DNA of 64,000 nucleotides. Origin: Candidatus Woesearchaeota archaeon (GTDB lineage Archaea; Nanobdellota; Nanobdellia; Woesearchaeales; SM23-78). The position numbers were made by a program, and so were the translations under genes. Location of the stretch: contig JAFGGS010000016.1 in the NCBI GenBank assembly GCA_016930415.1, positions 1,359-65,358 on the forward strand. The letters are read 5' to 3'. Below, in pieces: positions 1-9,257 of the stretch. Each line of letters starts with the position of its first letter. Position 1 is the stretch's first letter. Under the pieces are notes generated by a model. The model searched no databases, was not told the DNA's origin, and was given only the letters and a program-made list of their open reading frames with translations.

Positions 1-19
1 TTCTGATATCATAAGTGAA

Positions 20-1189
20 GTGTCAGATAAGAAGTGGACTGTCGTGGCTGTGATTGAACGGGATGAATACAGGTACACATTATACTCCATCCTGACCCAG
101 ATACTCATAGGCATCCTGATATTCATAATCATAGGGATCATAGGCTCTGTAATCCTGGCTGAGTCCTTCACAAAGCCTATCCTTATCATGAACGAGCAGG
201 TCGAGAAGCTCGCGGGCGGAGAGTTCGATGTGACTGTCACTGTCAAGAGAGATGATGAGTACGGGGAACTTGCCAAGAGCTTCAATGACCTCGCGGCGAC
301 GCTTCGGGAGTATCGGGACGTCGTGCAGAAGAACGAGACTGAGCTTGAGAACAAGGTCGCTGAGAGGACTAATGCTCTCCAGAAGGCTTTTGAGGAGCTC
401 AAGAAGCTTGATCAGATGAAGGATAATCTCATATCCTCAGTCTCTCACGAGCTTAGGACTCCTTTGACCTCGATCAAGTCTTATAGCCAGCTCCTCATGG
501 ACGGGGTGCTTGGCCCTGTTAGCAGGAAGCAGAAGAATGCCATGAAGATATCTATCTCAAGCACGAACCACTTGATGAACCTGGTGAATAACATCCTGGA
601 GAGCGCCAGGTTCGAGGCTGGCAAGGCCAGTTTCAACTTCGAGAGGTTTAGCATGCAAAAGCTCCTAAAGAAGGTCTTGGTTGAGTTCCAGCCGACTTTC
701 AAGAGCCTGAACGCCAAGGTGCAGCTTCACTGCTCTGACGAGGTGTTTGTCTACGCTGACGAGGAGAAGCTAGGAGAAGTCCTCAGGAACCTGATAAGCA
801 ACTCCATTAAGTATAGGAGCCGCAGGAGGCTATCCTTGTATCTCCACGTGACTCCTGTGAAGAATAAGATCAAGATATCTGTCACTGACAACGGCATAGG
901 CATCCCTAAGGATGGCATGAAGGACTTGTTCAACAAGTTCTACCAAGTGGACCAGGGAACTACCAGGAAGGCTGATGGGACTGGCCTGGGATTGTCAATC
1001 GTCAAGCAGATCGTAGAGGCTCATGACGGATCAGTCCAGATGAGCAGCGAGCCTGAAGTCGGAACTGAGATCCTAATCACGCTTCCCCTGATAAGGGAGA
1101 TGCTATCTCCTGACGCGCCCATGCTTAAGAGCAGGCCTAAGTTCGGCAAGCCTTCCAAGCGTAAGAGGAACAAAAACAGAAAGAAATAA
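20..1189 (+). CDS. Sensor histidine kinase (TM-HAMP-HisKA-HATPase_c), probably 5'-truncated by the window edge
   Basis: TM helix then HAMP (DEYGELAKSFN); H-box SHELRTPL; N-box NLISNSIKY; G1 DNGIGI; G2 GTGLGL. Confidence 0.93.
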   Translation: MSDKKWTVVAVIERDEYRYTLYSILTQILIGILIFIIIGIIGSVILAESFTKPILIMNEQVEKLAGGEFDVTVTVKRDDEYGELAKSFNDLAATLREYRDVVQKNETELENKVAERTNALQKAFEELKKLDQMKDNLISSVSHELRTPLTSIKSYSQLLMDGVLGPVSRKQKNAMKISISSTNHLMNLVNNILESARFEAGKASFNFERFSMQKLLKKVLVEFQPTFKSLNAKVQLHCSDEVFVYADEEKLGEVLRNLISNSIKYRSRRRLSLYLHVTPVKNKIKISVTDNGIGIPKDGMKDLFNKFYQVDQGTTRKADGTGLGLSIVKQIVEAHDGSVQMSSEPEVGTEILITLPLIREMLSPDAPMLKSRPKFGKPSKRKRNKNRKK

Positions 1190-1208
1190 AAGAGTTTGCT
1201 GGAGGAAT

Positions 1209-2126
1209 CTATTTCTTCTTCTTGACCTTCTTGATCTCCTTCTCGAGCTTTAGCTTCTCTAAGAGCTCTTTGTAGCGGTTCCTGATCGTGACCTCTGTCA
1301 CTCCTGCGACGTCTGCGACTTCTCGCTGGGTCTTCTTCTCCCCGTTTATCAGGGCTGCGACGTAGAGGGCTGCTGCTGCGATGCCTGTCGGCCCTCGTCC
1401 GCTCGTGAGCTCCACGTTCTGGGCGATCTCGATTATCTCGACTGCCTTGCTCTGGGTCTCTGCGTTCAGCTTGAGGCTCGAGGCGAACCTTGGTATGTAG
1501 TCTGATGGGTTGCTTGGCAGGATCTTTATGCCTAGCTCCCTTGTTATGAACCTGTAAGTCCTTCCGATCTCTTTCTTCTCGATGTTCGAGGATTCTCCTA
1601 GCTCGTCCAGGGTCCTTGGCACATCATGCCTTCTGCAGGCTGCGTAGAGCGCTCCTGCGACTACCGATTCCATGCTCCTGCCTCTGACGAGTCCTTTCTG
1701 GACTGCGAGGGTGTATATCCTTGCTGCTTCCTCCTCGACCGAGCTTGGCAGCTTCAGGTATGATGATACTCTCTTGAGCTCTGATAATGCCAGCTTGAGG
1801 TTCCTCTCGATTGCTGTGCTTATCCTCTGCTGCCACTTCCTGAGCCTGAAGAACTTGCTTTTCTGCTTTCCTTGGAGGCCGTAGAGGTCGGATTTCTTCC
1901 CGACGTCAGTCCCTAGTCCTTGGTCGAACTGGGTGTAGCTCATGGGAGCTCCTGTTCGTCTCATCTTGTCGGCGCTCTCGCCGTCGAATTCTCTCCATTC
2001 CTGGCCGAAGTCGACCATCTTGTCCTCAACTACTAGTCCGCAGTCTCTGCAGATGATCTCTCCTTTCTCCTTGTTCCAGAATAGGTTTATTCCGCCGCAT
2101 TCAGGGCATTTCTTGACGAATGACAT
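1209..2126 (-). CDS. tfb: Archaeal transcription initiation factor IIB
   Basis: N-terminal Zn ribbon CPECG..CRDCG, B-reader EWREF, two cyclin repeats, C-terminal HTH TQREVADVAGVTEVTIRNRYKEL. Confidence 0.98.
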   Translation of the reverse strand: MSFVKKCPECGGINLFWNKEKGEIICRDCGLVVEDKMVDFGQEWREFDGESADKMRRTGAPMSYTQFDQGLGTDVGKKSDLYGLQGKQKSKFFRLRKWQQRISTAIERNLKLALSELKRVSSYLKLPSSVEEEAARIYTLAVQKGLVRGRSMESVVAGALYAACRRHDVPRTLDELGESSNIEKKEIGRTYRFITRELGIKILPSNPSDYIPRFASSLKLNAETQSKAVEIIEIAQNVELTSGRGPTGIAAAALYVAALINGEKKTQREVADVAGVTEVTIRNRYKELLEKLKLEKEIKKVKKKK

Positions 2127-2213
2127 CGTGCACTCCCCCGGCCTTATTGGTTTATTGCAGAGGCTAGGCCCCCCTCTTTTTCGATAGCTTTAAAAAAGGA
2201 GAAAAAGAAAAGC

Positions 2214-2229
2214 TTTATAAACTTTTCGG
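2214..2229 (-). promoter_or_regulatory. BRE + TATA box upstream of tfb
   Basis: Minus strand reads CCGAAAAG-TTTATAAA about 90 nt upstream of the tfb ATG. Confidence 0.6.
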
Positions 2230-2427
2230 TTTTTTTCGTCTAGAACGCAATCTTCTCTACTTCGGGCATAATAGAAAAATATAAATACCATACTGACAAA
2301 AAAGACAATATTTAAAAAAGAGGATGCCAAAGGAATGAAAAAGCGAAGAATCGCATCAAAAAAGAGGACGCAAGGACAGGCACATTCTCAGCCAGACGCG
2401 TACACTACCTTTAGAGGACAGGAAAAG

Positions 2428-2829
2428 ATGGAACGAGCCCAGATATGGAGTATAGACGTCCTTTTGGCCGTCGTCATCTTCATATCGATAATGATCATCT
2501 TCTACGTGACCATAAACGCGAAAGAGACTCCTAGCCTAAAAGACCTCCAGACAGAGGCCAAGTTCATAGACGCCGAGCTAGAGAAGAACGAGGGTATCGC
2601 GTTCATAGAGAACGACGTGGTGGACTCAGCCAAGCTTGATGCATTCACGCAAGAAGCCTCTGTGAACTACGACGACGTCAAAGAAGAGCTTGGGATAGTG
2701 GGCGACTTCTGCATCTACTTCGAGGACGAGAACGGCTACCTCATAGTCCTGGAAGACAACAGGACAGGCATCGGGACGGGAGAGCTCGTCAACATAAGCG
2801 ACGTGCCCTGCGGGACGCCAATGCCATGA
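2428..2829 (+). CDS. Small pilin-like protein with class III signal peptide
   Basis: ATG at 2428 gives MERAQ-IWSIDVLLAVVIFISIMIIF: (K/R)AQ prepilin-peptidase motif plus hydrophobic stretch. The ORF-track start at 2335 is probably too far upstream. Confidence 0.65.
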   Translation: MERAQIWSIDVLLAVVIFISIMIIFYVTINAKETPSLKDLQTEAKFIDAELEKNEGIAFIENDVVDSAKLDAFTQEASVNYDDVKEELGIVGDFCIYFEDENGYLIVLEDNRTGIGTGELVNISDVPCGTPMP

Positions 2830-2870
2830 TTTGACAAGATTTATAAAAAGAGGATTCTAGAAAAAGAGGC

Positions 2871-3332
2871 ATGATGCAATACCTCCTCGTGAGCATAGCG
2901 GCTTTCCTGGGGGTGTTCTGCGGATTCACAATAGCCTGCATGGCAGAGGAGGAACTAAAACTCGGAAGGAAATACTTCAACTGGCTGAGGCACGGGCTTT
3001 TCGTCGTGATACTGGCCATCTTCTTCTACCACAACCAGTCAGTGATATTCTTCATGTTCGTGCCTGCCATAATAATAGTCATGAGCTTTAGCAAGGAGCG
3101 GGAAGCATTGTATTATTATGCGCTCGCTCCCATAATGTTCCTGTCCTACCTCTACAACGGCTTCCTGTCAATAGCCACCCTAGTGTTCCTATACGGCTTC
3201 CCAGTAGGCACGCTCCACAGGGAAGCGCATCTTAAGGAGCATTGGAAGAAGAGCGTGAAAGGAATAATCTACGCTTACGGCGGCTTCTTCATCCTCAACA
3301 TCGCATTCTCAGCCCTACAGCTATCTTTATAA
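2871..3332 (+). CDS. Hypothetical multi-pass membrane protein
   Basis: 153 aa with 4-5 hydrophobic segments and genome-typical codon usage. Confidence 0.75.
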   Translation: MMQYLLVSIAAFLGVFCGFTIACMAEEELKLGRKYFNWLRHGLFVVILAIFFYHNQSVIFFMFVPAIIIVMSFSKEREALYYYALAPIMFLSYLYNGFLSIATLVFLYGFPVGTLHREAHLKEHWKKSVKGIIYAYGGFFILNIAFSALQLSL

Positions 3333-3347
3333 GCCAGTGCTTGTTCT

Positions 3348-4007
3348 TTGCCTGGTGTGAAAGAAGTACTGACCAGGGACGGGAGCAAGACTTTCTATAG
3401 CGAGGAGCACGACGAGACATACCACTCAGTCTCAGGAGCAGTGGAAGAAGCCTTCCTGAAATACGCCGGCGCAAGCGACATTGGAAATATTGCGGGAAAG
3501 GGACTGGTCAGGATACTTGACGTCTGCTTCGGCCTGGGATACAACACTGCGGCTGCGTTAGACCTTATCTGGGCTGCTAACCCTGAGTGCAAGGTCGAGA
3601 TAGTGGGCCTGGAGAACGACCCGGAGATACTCGCGAGGACAGCTGAGGTCGAGCCAGCCATAAAGAGCTACGGCCTGATAAGGGAGGCAGCCAAGGATGA
3701 TCACGCTTATCACGACGCGCGCCTCGCCATTAAGATAATAATCGGAGACGCCCATGAAGAGATCAAGAAGCTCACGGGCAAGTTCGACCTGGTATTCCAT
3801 GATCCCTTCAGCCCCAAGAAGGCTCCTTCTCTCTGGACTGAGGAATTCTTCAGGGAGGAGCGAAGGCTCATGTCCTCAAAAGGCGTGCTCTCGACATACA
3901 GCTGCGCAAGGATCGTTAGGGAAAACTTAAAAAAGGCAGGGTTTTCCATAAGGGACGGGCCTCGCGTCGGGAGACGAGCACCCAGCACGATAGCAGTTCC
4001 TGATTAA
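3348..4007 (+). CDS. mnmD: MnmC/MnmD-type SAM-dependent tRNA methyltransferase (stand-alone methyltransferase domain)
   Basis: T.DGS.TFYS..HDETYHS, LDVCFGLGYN, HDPFSPKKAPSLW, TYSCA motifs. Confidence 0.78.
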   Translation: MPGVKEVLTRDGSKTFYSEEHDETYHSVSGAVEEAFLKYAGASDIGNIAGKGLVRILDVCFGLGYNTAAALDLIWAANPECKVEIVGLENDPEILARTAEVEPAIKSYGLIREAAKDDHAYHDARLAIKIIIGDAHEEIKKLTGKFDLVFHDPFSPKKAPSLWTEEFFREERRLMSSKGVLSTYSCARIVRENLKKAGFSIRDGPRVGRRAPSTIAVPD

Positions 4008-4016
4008 GAAGAATGT

Positions 4017-4134
4017 GCCCCCATAGTATAGCCTGGATATCGGCGAATCTTGATTCGTCGAGATTTGGCCGATAGGACAAATAGTACGTGAGCTTGCGGA
4101 GCTTATAGCCGGGGTTCGAATCCCCGTGGGGGCA
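4017..4134 (+). tRNA. tRNA-Arg(GCG) with an intron in the D-loop (about 4038-4077/4078)
   Basis: Acceptor GCCCCCA/TGGGGGC; anticodon arm TGAGC-TTGCGGA-GCTTA; T arm CGGGG-TTCGAAT-CCCCG; a ~40-nt hairpin interrupts the D-loop. Confidence 0.9.
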
Positions 4135-4226
4135 GAAGCGAAGAGATATGCAACCGTGGGTTCAGAGAACGTTTTTTTAGGTTTTCTGATTGCCCGCGGA
4201 GGCATTTATTTATTCAGTTATAGTAT

Positions 4227-4598
4227 CTAGACTAGTTGGTCGACCCACTTCTTGAGCTTGTTCAAGAGGTTGTTGGCTATAAGCTCTTCTCCCAGCTCTG
4301 CCTCTTCCTCCTTCTTGATGTCGCCGACCCTTACGCGGAGGTCCTTGACCTTCTTCAACAGCTCCTCGTTAGATATATTCTCGCCAAGGCTTAACCTCCG
4401 CTCCAGGTCCTGGAGCAGACTGTCCACGTAGAGAAGGTTCTTGATCATGTCTTCGCTCTCCTCCTTGAAAGCCTTGATGTACCTTATGACCTCGCCGTCG
4501 TCAGTAGTGTCAGTGTCTTCCTCGATCGCGCTTAGGATGTCCTCGTTGACCATTTGGCTGTTAATCTTATAGTGGGTTTTTATATTTTTCCAAACCAA
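4227..4598 (-). CDS. Hypothetical acidic helical protein (likely start MVNED at about 4553)
   Basis: Open frame with typical codon usage; no recognisable motif. Confidence 0.6.
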   Translation of the reverse strand: MVWKNIKTHYKINSQMVNEDILSAIEEDTDTTDDGEVIRYIKAFKEESEDMIKNLLYVDSLLQDLERRLSLGENISNEELLKKVKDLRVRVGDIKKEEEAELGEELIANNLLNKLKKWVDQLV

Positions 4599-4666
4599 AA
4601 AAAATCAATACACTTTTAAAAGAAAGAGGCTTTTTCATGATAAAAACTTGTGGAGTTGATGCATTT

Positions 4667-5170
4667 ATGGCTGAGAAGAAATCTGTGAAGAAGGCAGCTG
4701 AGAAGAAAGAGGCGGCAAAAGAGCCTAGCAATACTGATTCCAAGGTCGTCCAGAAAGGAGACAAGGTCAAGGTCGACTACGTCGGCAGCTTCAACGACGG
4801 CGTCGTGTTCGACGAGAGCAAGACCCGCGGAAAGCCCATAGAGTTCGTGGCTGGAAACGGTCAGGTCATCCCAGGATTCGACCAGGGAGTGATCGGCATG
4901 AAGGTCGGCGGTGAGAAGAAGATCACCATCGAGCCAAAAGAAGGATATGGAGAGCCGAATCCTGAGCTTGTAAAGGTGATAACCAGGGACAAGCTTCCGC
5001 CTGAGCCGGATCCTAAGGTTGGCATGGTGCTCGCCATGGGCATGTCCAACGGCATGGAGATACCTGCCAGGATCACGAAGGTGAACGGCGAGATGGTGAC
5101 CATAGACTTGAACCACCCATTGGCCGGCAAGACGCTCCACTTCAAGCTGAAAGTCGTCGGCGTGGAGTGA
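4667..5170 (+). CDS. FKBP-type peptidyl-prolyl cis-trans isomerase (SlyD-like, with insert-in-flap domain)
   Basis: GDKVKVDYVG..DG.VFD.S, VIPGFDQG, GYG, DLNHPLAGKTLHF motifs; likely start MAEKK at 4667. Confidence 0.93.
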   Translation: MAEKKSVKKAAEKKEAAKEPSNTDSKVVQKGDKVKVDYVGSFNDGVVFDESKTRGKPIEFVAGNGQVIPGFDQGVIGMKVGGEKKITIEPKEGYGEPNPELVKVITRDKLPPEPDPKVGMVLAMGMSNGMEIPARITKVNGEMVTIDLNHPLAGKTLHFKLKVVGVE

Positions 5171-5193
5171 GCAGAAGGTGTCATCAAACTCTT

Positions 5194-7137
5194 TTATCTT
5201 ATCCTTTCTTTCAGCTTCTTTAACCGGTCTCTTAGGGCTATGGCTTTCTCGAAGTCTAAGTCGTCTGCGGCTTTTTTCATGTCTTCTTCAAGCTCGATTA
5301 TGACGTTAGGGATGTCTTTCTTCGGGATATGCTTGATGTCTTTTATCTCGACTTCCTTGGCCTTGACTGGCTTTATGATGGTCTTCGGGGTGATGCCGTG
5401 CTCCTTGTTGTATTCCAGCTGGATTGATCGTCTTCTCTCTGTCTCGCATATGGCGCGCTTTATGGAGTCTGTCATGTTGTCAGCGTAGAGGATTACCTTT
5501 GACTCTGAGTTCCTCGCCGCCCTGCCTATTATCTGGATCAATGACTTATCATTCCTTAGGAATCCTTCTTTGTCTGCGTCTAGTATGCCTATGAACGCGA
5601 CTTCAGGGATGTCTAAGCCTTCTCTTAAGAGGTTGATGCCTACGAGGACGTCGAACTTGCCTAGGCGCAGTTCCCTGATTATTTCGCTTCTCTCTAAGGT
5701 GTCGATTTCAGAGTGGAGGTATCTTGTCTTGATCTTCCTCGAGGCGAGAAATTCTGAGAGCTCTTCTGCAAGCTTCTTTGTGAGCGTGGTTACGAGGGCG
5801 CGGTTGCCCTTCTTGATGGTCTGTTCTACTTCTTTTATTAAGTCATCCACTTGGCCCTTTATCGGCCTGATCTCGACCTCAGGGTCAACTAGCCCTGTAG
5901 GCCTGATTATCTGCTCGACTACCTGGCTTGATTCTTTCAGTTCATACTCTCCAGGCGTGGCAGAGACGAAGATGACGCTCTTCATGTAGTCCTTGAACTC
6001 CTCGAACCTCAATGGCCTGTTGTCGTAAGCGCAAGGAAGGCGAAAGCCGTATTCTACCAGGTTCTTCTTTCGGGACTTGTCTCCGTTGTACATGGCGTGG
6101 AGCTGAGGGATCGTCTGGTGTGACTCATCTATTATCAGGAGGAAGTCTTCTGGCATGTAATCCATCAATGTGTAAGGCTTCTCGCCTGGCTTTCGGCCGT
6201 CGAAGTGCCTGCTGTAGTTCTCGATGCCCTTGCAAAATCCAGTCTCCTCAAGCATCTCGACGTCGTATAATGTGCGCTGCTTTAGCCTGTGGGACTCTAG
6301 CATCTCAAGGCCAGGGAGTGTCTGGTCAAGTTCAGTCCTGATGGCCTGGATGGCGGCTTTCACCTCATCCTCTGGGACCACGAAGTGCTTTGCAGGGAAG
6401 ACGAAGGCGTACTTCATGTCCTCAACCAGGTTGCCCGTGACCTTGTCCAGCTCCCTGATCCTCTCGATCTTATCACCTAAGAGCTCTATCCTGACAATGT
6501 TGTTGAAGTATCCTGGGATGAAGTCGATGGTGTCGCCTTTCACCCTGAACCTTCCAGGCAATAGTTCCAAGTCGTTCCTCTCATACTGCGATGCGATTAG
6601 GCGCTTTAAGATGTCAGTTCTCGTGATATTCTGGTGGACTTCGAGATCGAACCCGAGCTTTTGGAAGTTATCGGGCTTGCCAAGGCCATAGATGCAGGAT
6701 ACTGAAGCTATGACTATGGTGTCTCGCCTGCTAAGGAGGGATGCTGTGGCTGAGAGCCTCATCTGCTCGATCTTAGGGTTGATGCTAGAATCCTTCTCGA
6801 TGTACATGTCCTTCTGCGGGATGTAGGACTCTGGCTGGTAATAATCGTAGTAAGAGACGAAGAACTCGACGCGATTGCCAGGGAAGAACTCCTTGAACTC
6901 GCTGTACAGCTGGGCGGCCAAGGTCTTGTTGTGGACAATGACAAGCGTTGGCTTTTGCGAGGCTTCAATGACGTTCGCCATTGTGAAGGTCTTGCCAGAG
7001 CCAGTCACTCCTAGGAGAGTCTGGGCTTTCAGGTTGGTGTCTAGACCCTTGACTAGTTTCTTGATGGCTTCGGGCTGTGAGCCTGCTGGCCTAAACGTGT
7101 CTGCAATCCGAAACCTAGGTGAATCCTTGATGATCAT
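5194..7137 (-). CDS. uvrB: Excinuclease ABC subunit B
   Basis: GVTGSGKT Walker A, YYDYYQPE beta-hairpin, DESH, VGINLLREGLD, QIIGRAARN, C-terminal UVR domain; likely start MIIKD at 7137. Confidence 0.98.
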   Translation of the reverse strand: MIIKDSPRFRIADTFRPAGSQPEAIKKLVKGLDTNLKAQTLLGVTGSGKTFTMANVIEASQKPTLVIVHNKTLAAQLYSEFKEFFPGNRVEFFVSYYDYYQPESYIPQKDMYIEKDSSINPKIEQMRLSATASLLSRRDTIVIASVSCIYGLGKPDNFQKLGFDLEVHQNITRTDILKRLIASQYERNDLELLPGRFRVKGDTIDFIPGYFNNIVRIELLGDKIERIRELDKVTGNLVEDMKYAFVFPAKHFVVPEDEVKAAIQAIRTELDQTLPGLEMLESHRLKQRTLYDVEMLEETGFCKGIENYSRHFDGRKPGEKPYTLMDYMPEDFLLIIDESHQTIPQLHAMYNGDKSRKKNLVEYGFRLPCAYDNRPLRFEEFKDYMKSVIFVSATPGEYELKESSQVVEQIIRPTGLVDPEVEIRPIKGQVDDLIKEVEQTIKKGNRALVTTLTKKLAEELSEFLASRKIKTRYLHSEIDTLERSEIIRELRLGKFDVLVGINLLREGLDIPEVAFIGILDADKEGFLRNDKSLIQIIGRAARNSESKVILYADNMTDSIKRAICETERRRSIQLEYNKEHGITPKTIIKPVKAKEVEIKDIKHIPKKDIPNVIIELEEDMKKAADDLDFEKAIALRDRLKKLKERIR

Positions 7138-7268
7138 CAAACAACAGAATGCTTGAGTGTTTAAAAAAGCTGCGGGAAAATGTCCAGTTGACTTAGCGAA
7201 GACCGAAAGAAACCGGAAGGAGCACTGGATGTCTTGTGAAAACTCACGGCCGTGGCGCGCTTTACAAG

Positions 7269-8819
7269 TCAATCCTTAAGCTTCTTAGACCTTAACAAGC
7301 GATTGTAGGTGATTGCGAACCTGTGGGCCTCATCCCTGATCTCCTGCAAGAGCTGCAAGGCAGGATCCTTCTTCTCTAAGATGATAGGATGAGGCCTGCC
7401 TGGAGCGAATATCTCCTCGTTACGCTTAGCGAGGCTGATGATAGGGATCCTCAGATTGAACTTCTTAAGCTCAGCCAAGGCAGCTCCGAGCTGACCCTTA
7501 CCGCCATCAATCACTATAAGGTCTGGCATCTGAGCCTTCTCGAATGTGAGGCGCGCGTATCTCCTGCGGACCACTTCTGCTATGGATCTGAAATCGTCTA
7601 TACTCTCCACAGTGGTTATCCTGAAACGCCTGTAACCAGACTTATAAGGGATTCCACCCCTGAACTGCGCCATGGAGCCGACCGTGGAGGTGCCGCTTAG
7701 ATGGGAGATGTCGAAGCACTCAATGACGTTAGGAGTCGCGTTTAGTTTTAATCGTTCTCTTAAGCGCTCTAACTTGGCGGATTTTCCGAAGAAAGAGATC
7801 TCCAGGTTCTTCTCCGCCAACTCTAACAGCGTCCTCTTCTCACCCTGCTTCGGGCAGATGGCCGACACCTTAGAGCCGCACTTCTCAGACAAGACATCCA
7901 AAAGCGGCCGGGAAAGAGCGACTCTCAATATGATCTCCTTAGGAATAGAATTATCCTCATAGAAGCGGGTGATGAACTCCTCCAAGAAGTCTTCAGAATA
8001 ATCTAATACGAACTCCTGCTTGTTATTCAAAGTACCCCTGAAGATATTGAAGACCAAAAGGAAGACCTGGTCGTCCCTCACCATGAAGACGATCACGTCC
8101 TCATCGAAGCGTTTTTTTCTTTCCATAGACTGAGACTCCTCCAAGGTGTTAAGCGCCTCGATCTGATCCCTCAAAATCAAGGCGCGCTCAAAATCTTGAG
8201 CATCAGAAGACTGCTTCATCTCAGCCCTTAGATTATCAACCAACTCCTTAGTCTCACCCCTAAGGATAAGCCTGGCCTTAGCCAAAGACACATCATAAGC
8301 TGCTTCGCTGATCCCTCCCATGCAAGGAGCAGGACAAAGACCGATATGGAAACGGATACAAGGGCGTTTTGGGAGTCTCTTACAAGTTCTCAATTGAAAG
8401 TGACGGTTGATAGTCTCGATGATGAGATTACGCTCTAAACCACTAGTGAAAGGACCGAAAAGCTCGCCGCCAGACGACTTATCCCTGCTCAAAATGACTC
8501 GCGGATAAGGCTCTTTCGTGATCTCGATGAAAGCGAATCTTTTAGAATCTTTAAGGTCTATGTTGTACTTAGGCAGATGCTTTTTCACTAAGGTAGATTC
8601 TAATAATAAAGCTTCCTTCTCAGAATTAGTGACGATGAAATCAACAGAGACGATGTTAGCGACGAGAGCTTTGGTCTTTGCGTCCTGGTCTTTCTTAGAG
8701 AAATAAGACGAGACACGCTTCTTCAAATCCTTAGCCTTACCAACGTAGATGATCCTATTGTTAACATCCCTGAACTGGTAAGAACCAGGCAAAGACGGAA
8801 GACGGGACAAATCAAGCAT
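7269..8819 (-). CDS. uvrC: Excinuclease ABC subunit C (no C-terminal HhH2 domain visible)
   Basis: GIY-YIG (PGSYQF..IIYVGKAKDLKKRVSSYF), Cys cluster, UVR domain, ECFDISH, DLIVIDGGKGQ, RDEAHRFA; likely start MLDLS at 8819. Confidence 0.96.
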   Translation of the reverse strand: MLDLSRLPSLPGSYQFRDVNNRIIYVGKAKDLKKRVSSYFSKKDQDAKTKALVANIVSVDFIVTNSEKEALLLESTLVKKHLPKYNIDLKDSKRFAFIEITKEPYPRVILSRDKSSGGELFGPFTSGLERNLIIETINRHFQLRTCKRLPKRPCIRFHIGLCPAPCMGGISEAAYDVSLAKARLILRGETKELVDNLRAEMKQSSDAQDFERALILRDQIEALNTLEESQSMERKKRFDEDVIVFMVRDDQVFLLVFNIFRGTLNNKQEFVLDYSEDFLEEFITRFYEDNSIPKEIILRVALSRPLLDVLSEKCGSKVSAICPKQGEKRTLLELAEKNLEISFFGKSAKLERLRERLKLNATPNVIECFDISHLSGTSTVGSMAQFRGGIPYKSGYRRFRITTVESIDDFRSIAEVVRRRYARLTFEKAQMPDLIVIDGGKGQLGAALAELKKFNLRIPIISLAKRNEEIFAPGRPHPIILEKKDPALQLLQEIRDEAHRFAITYNRLLRSKKLKD

Positions 8820-8892
8820 GACAGAGGAAAATGAGAGTGCGTTTAAAAGGGTTACCAAAAAACTTAAAACTATGACAAACTCTCCGGGTGGT

Positions 8893-9255
8893 ATGGATGG
8901 GGAGACAACAATACAAGAACTGAAAGATAAGATGCAAGCTTTCTGTGAGGAGAGAGACTGGGACCAGTTTCATGGAGCAAAAGACCTGGCCATCGGAGTG
9001 ATCACAGAAGCATCAGAGATACTGGAGCACTTCAGGTTTAAGAGCGAAGAGCAGATAGTCGAGCTGTTCGCAAACCCCGACAAGAAGACAGCCATAAGCG
9101 AAGAGATGGCGGATGTACTCATACTCCTTGCAAGGATGGCCCAGAAGTACGACGTAGACCTCTCAGAAGCCTACCGCGACAAGATGGCCAAGAACGAAAA
9201 GAAATACCCTGTGGAGAAAGCGAAAGGGAGTAATAAGAAGTACAACGAGCTATGA
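8893..9255 (+). CDS. MazG-like nucleotide pyrophosphohydrolase
   Basis: RDWDQFH..KDLAI....EASEILEHF and EEMADV motifs; GGGTGGT RBS before ATG at 8893. Confidence 0.88.
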   Translation: MDGETTIQELKDKMQAFCEERDWDQFHGAKDLAIGVITEASEILEHFRFKSEEQIVELFANPDKKTAISEEMADVLILLARMAQKYDVDLSEAYRDKMAKNEKKYPVEKAKGSNKKYNEL

Positions 9256-9257
9256 TG

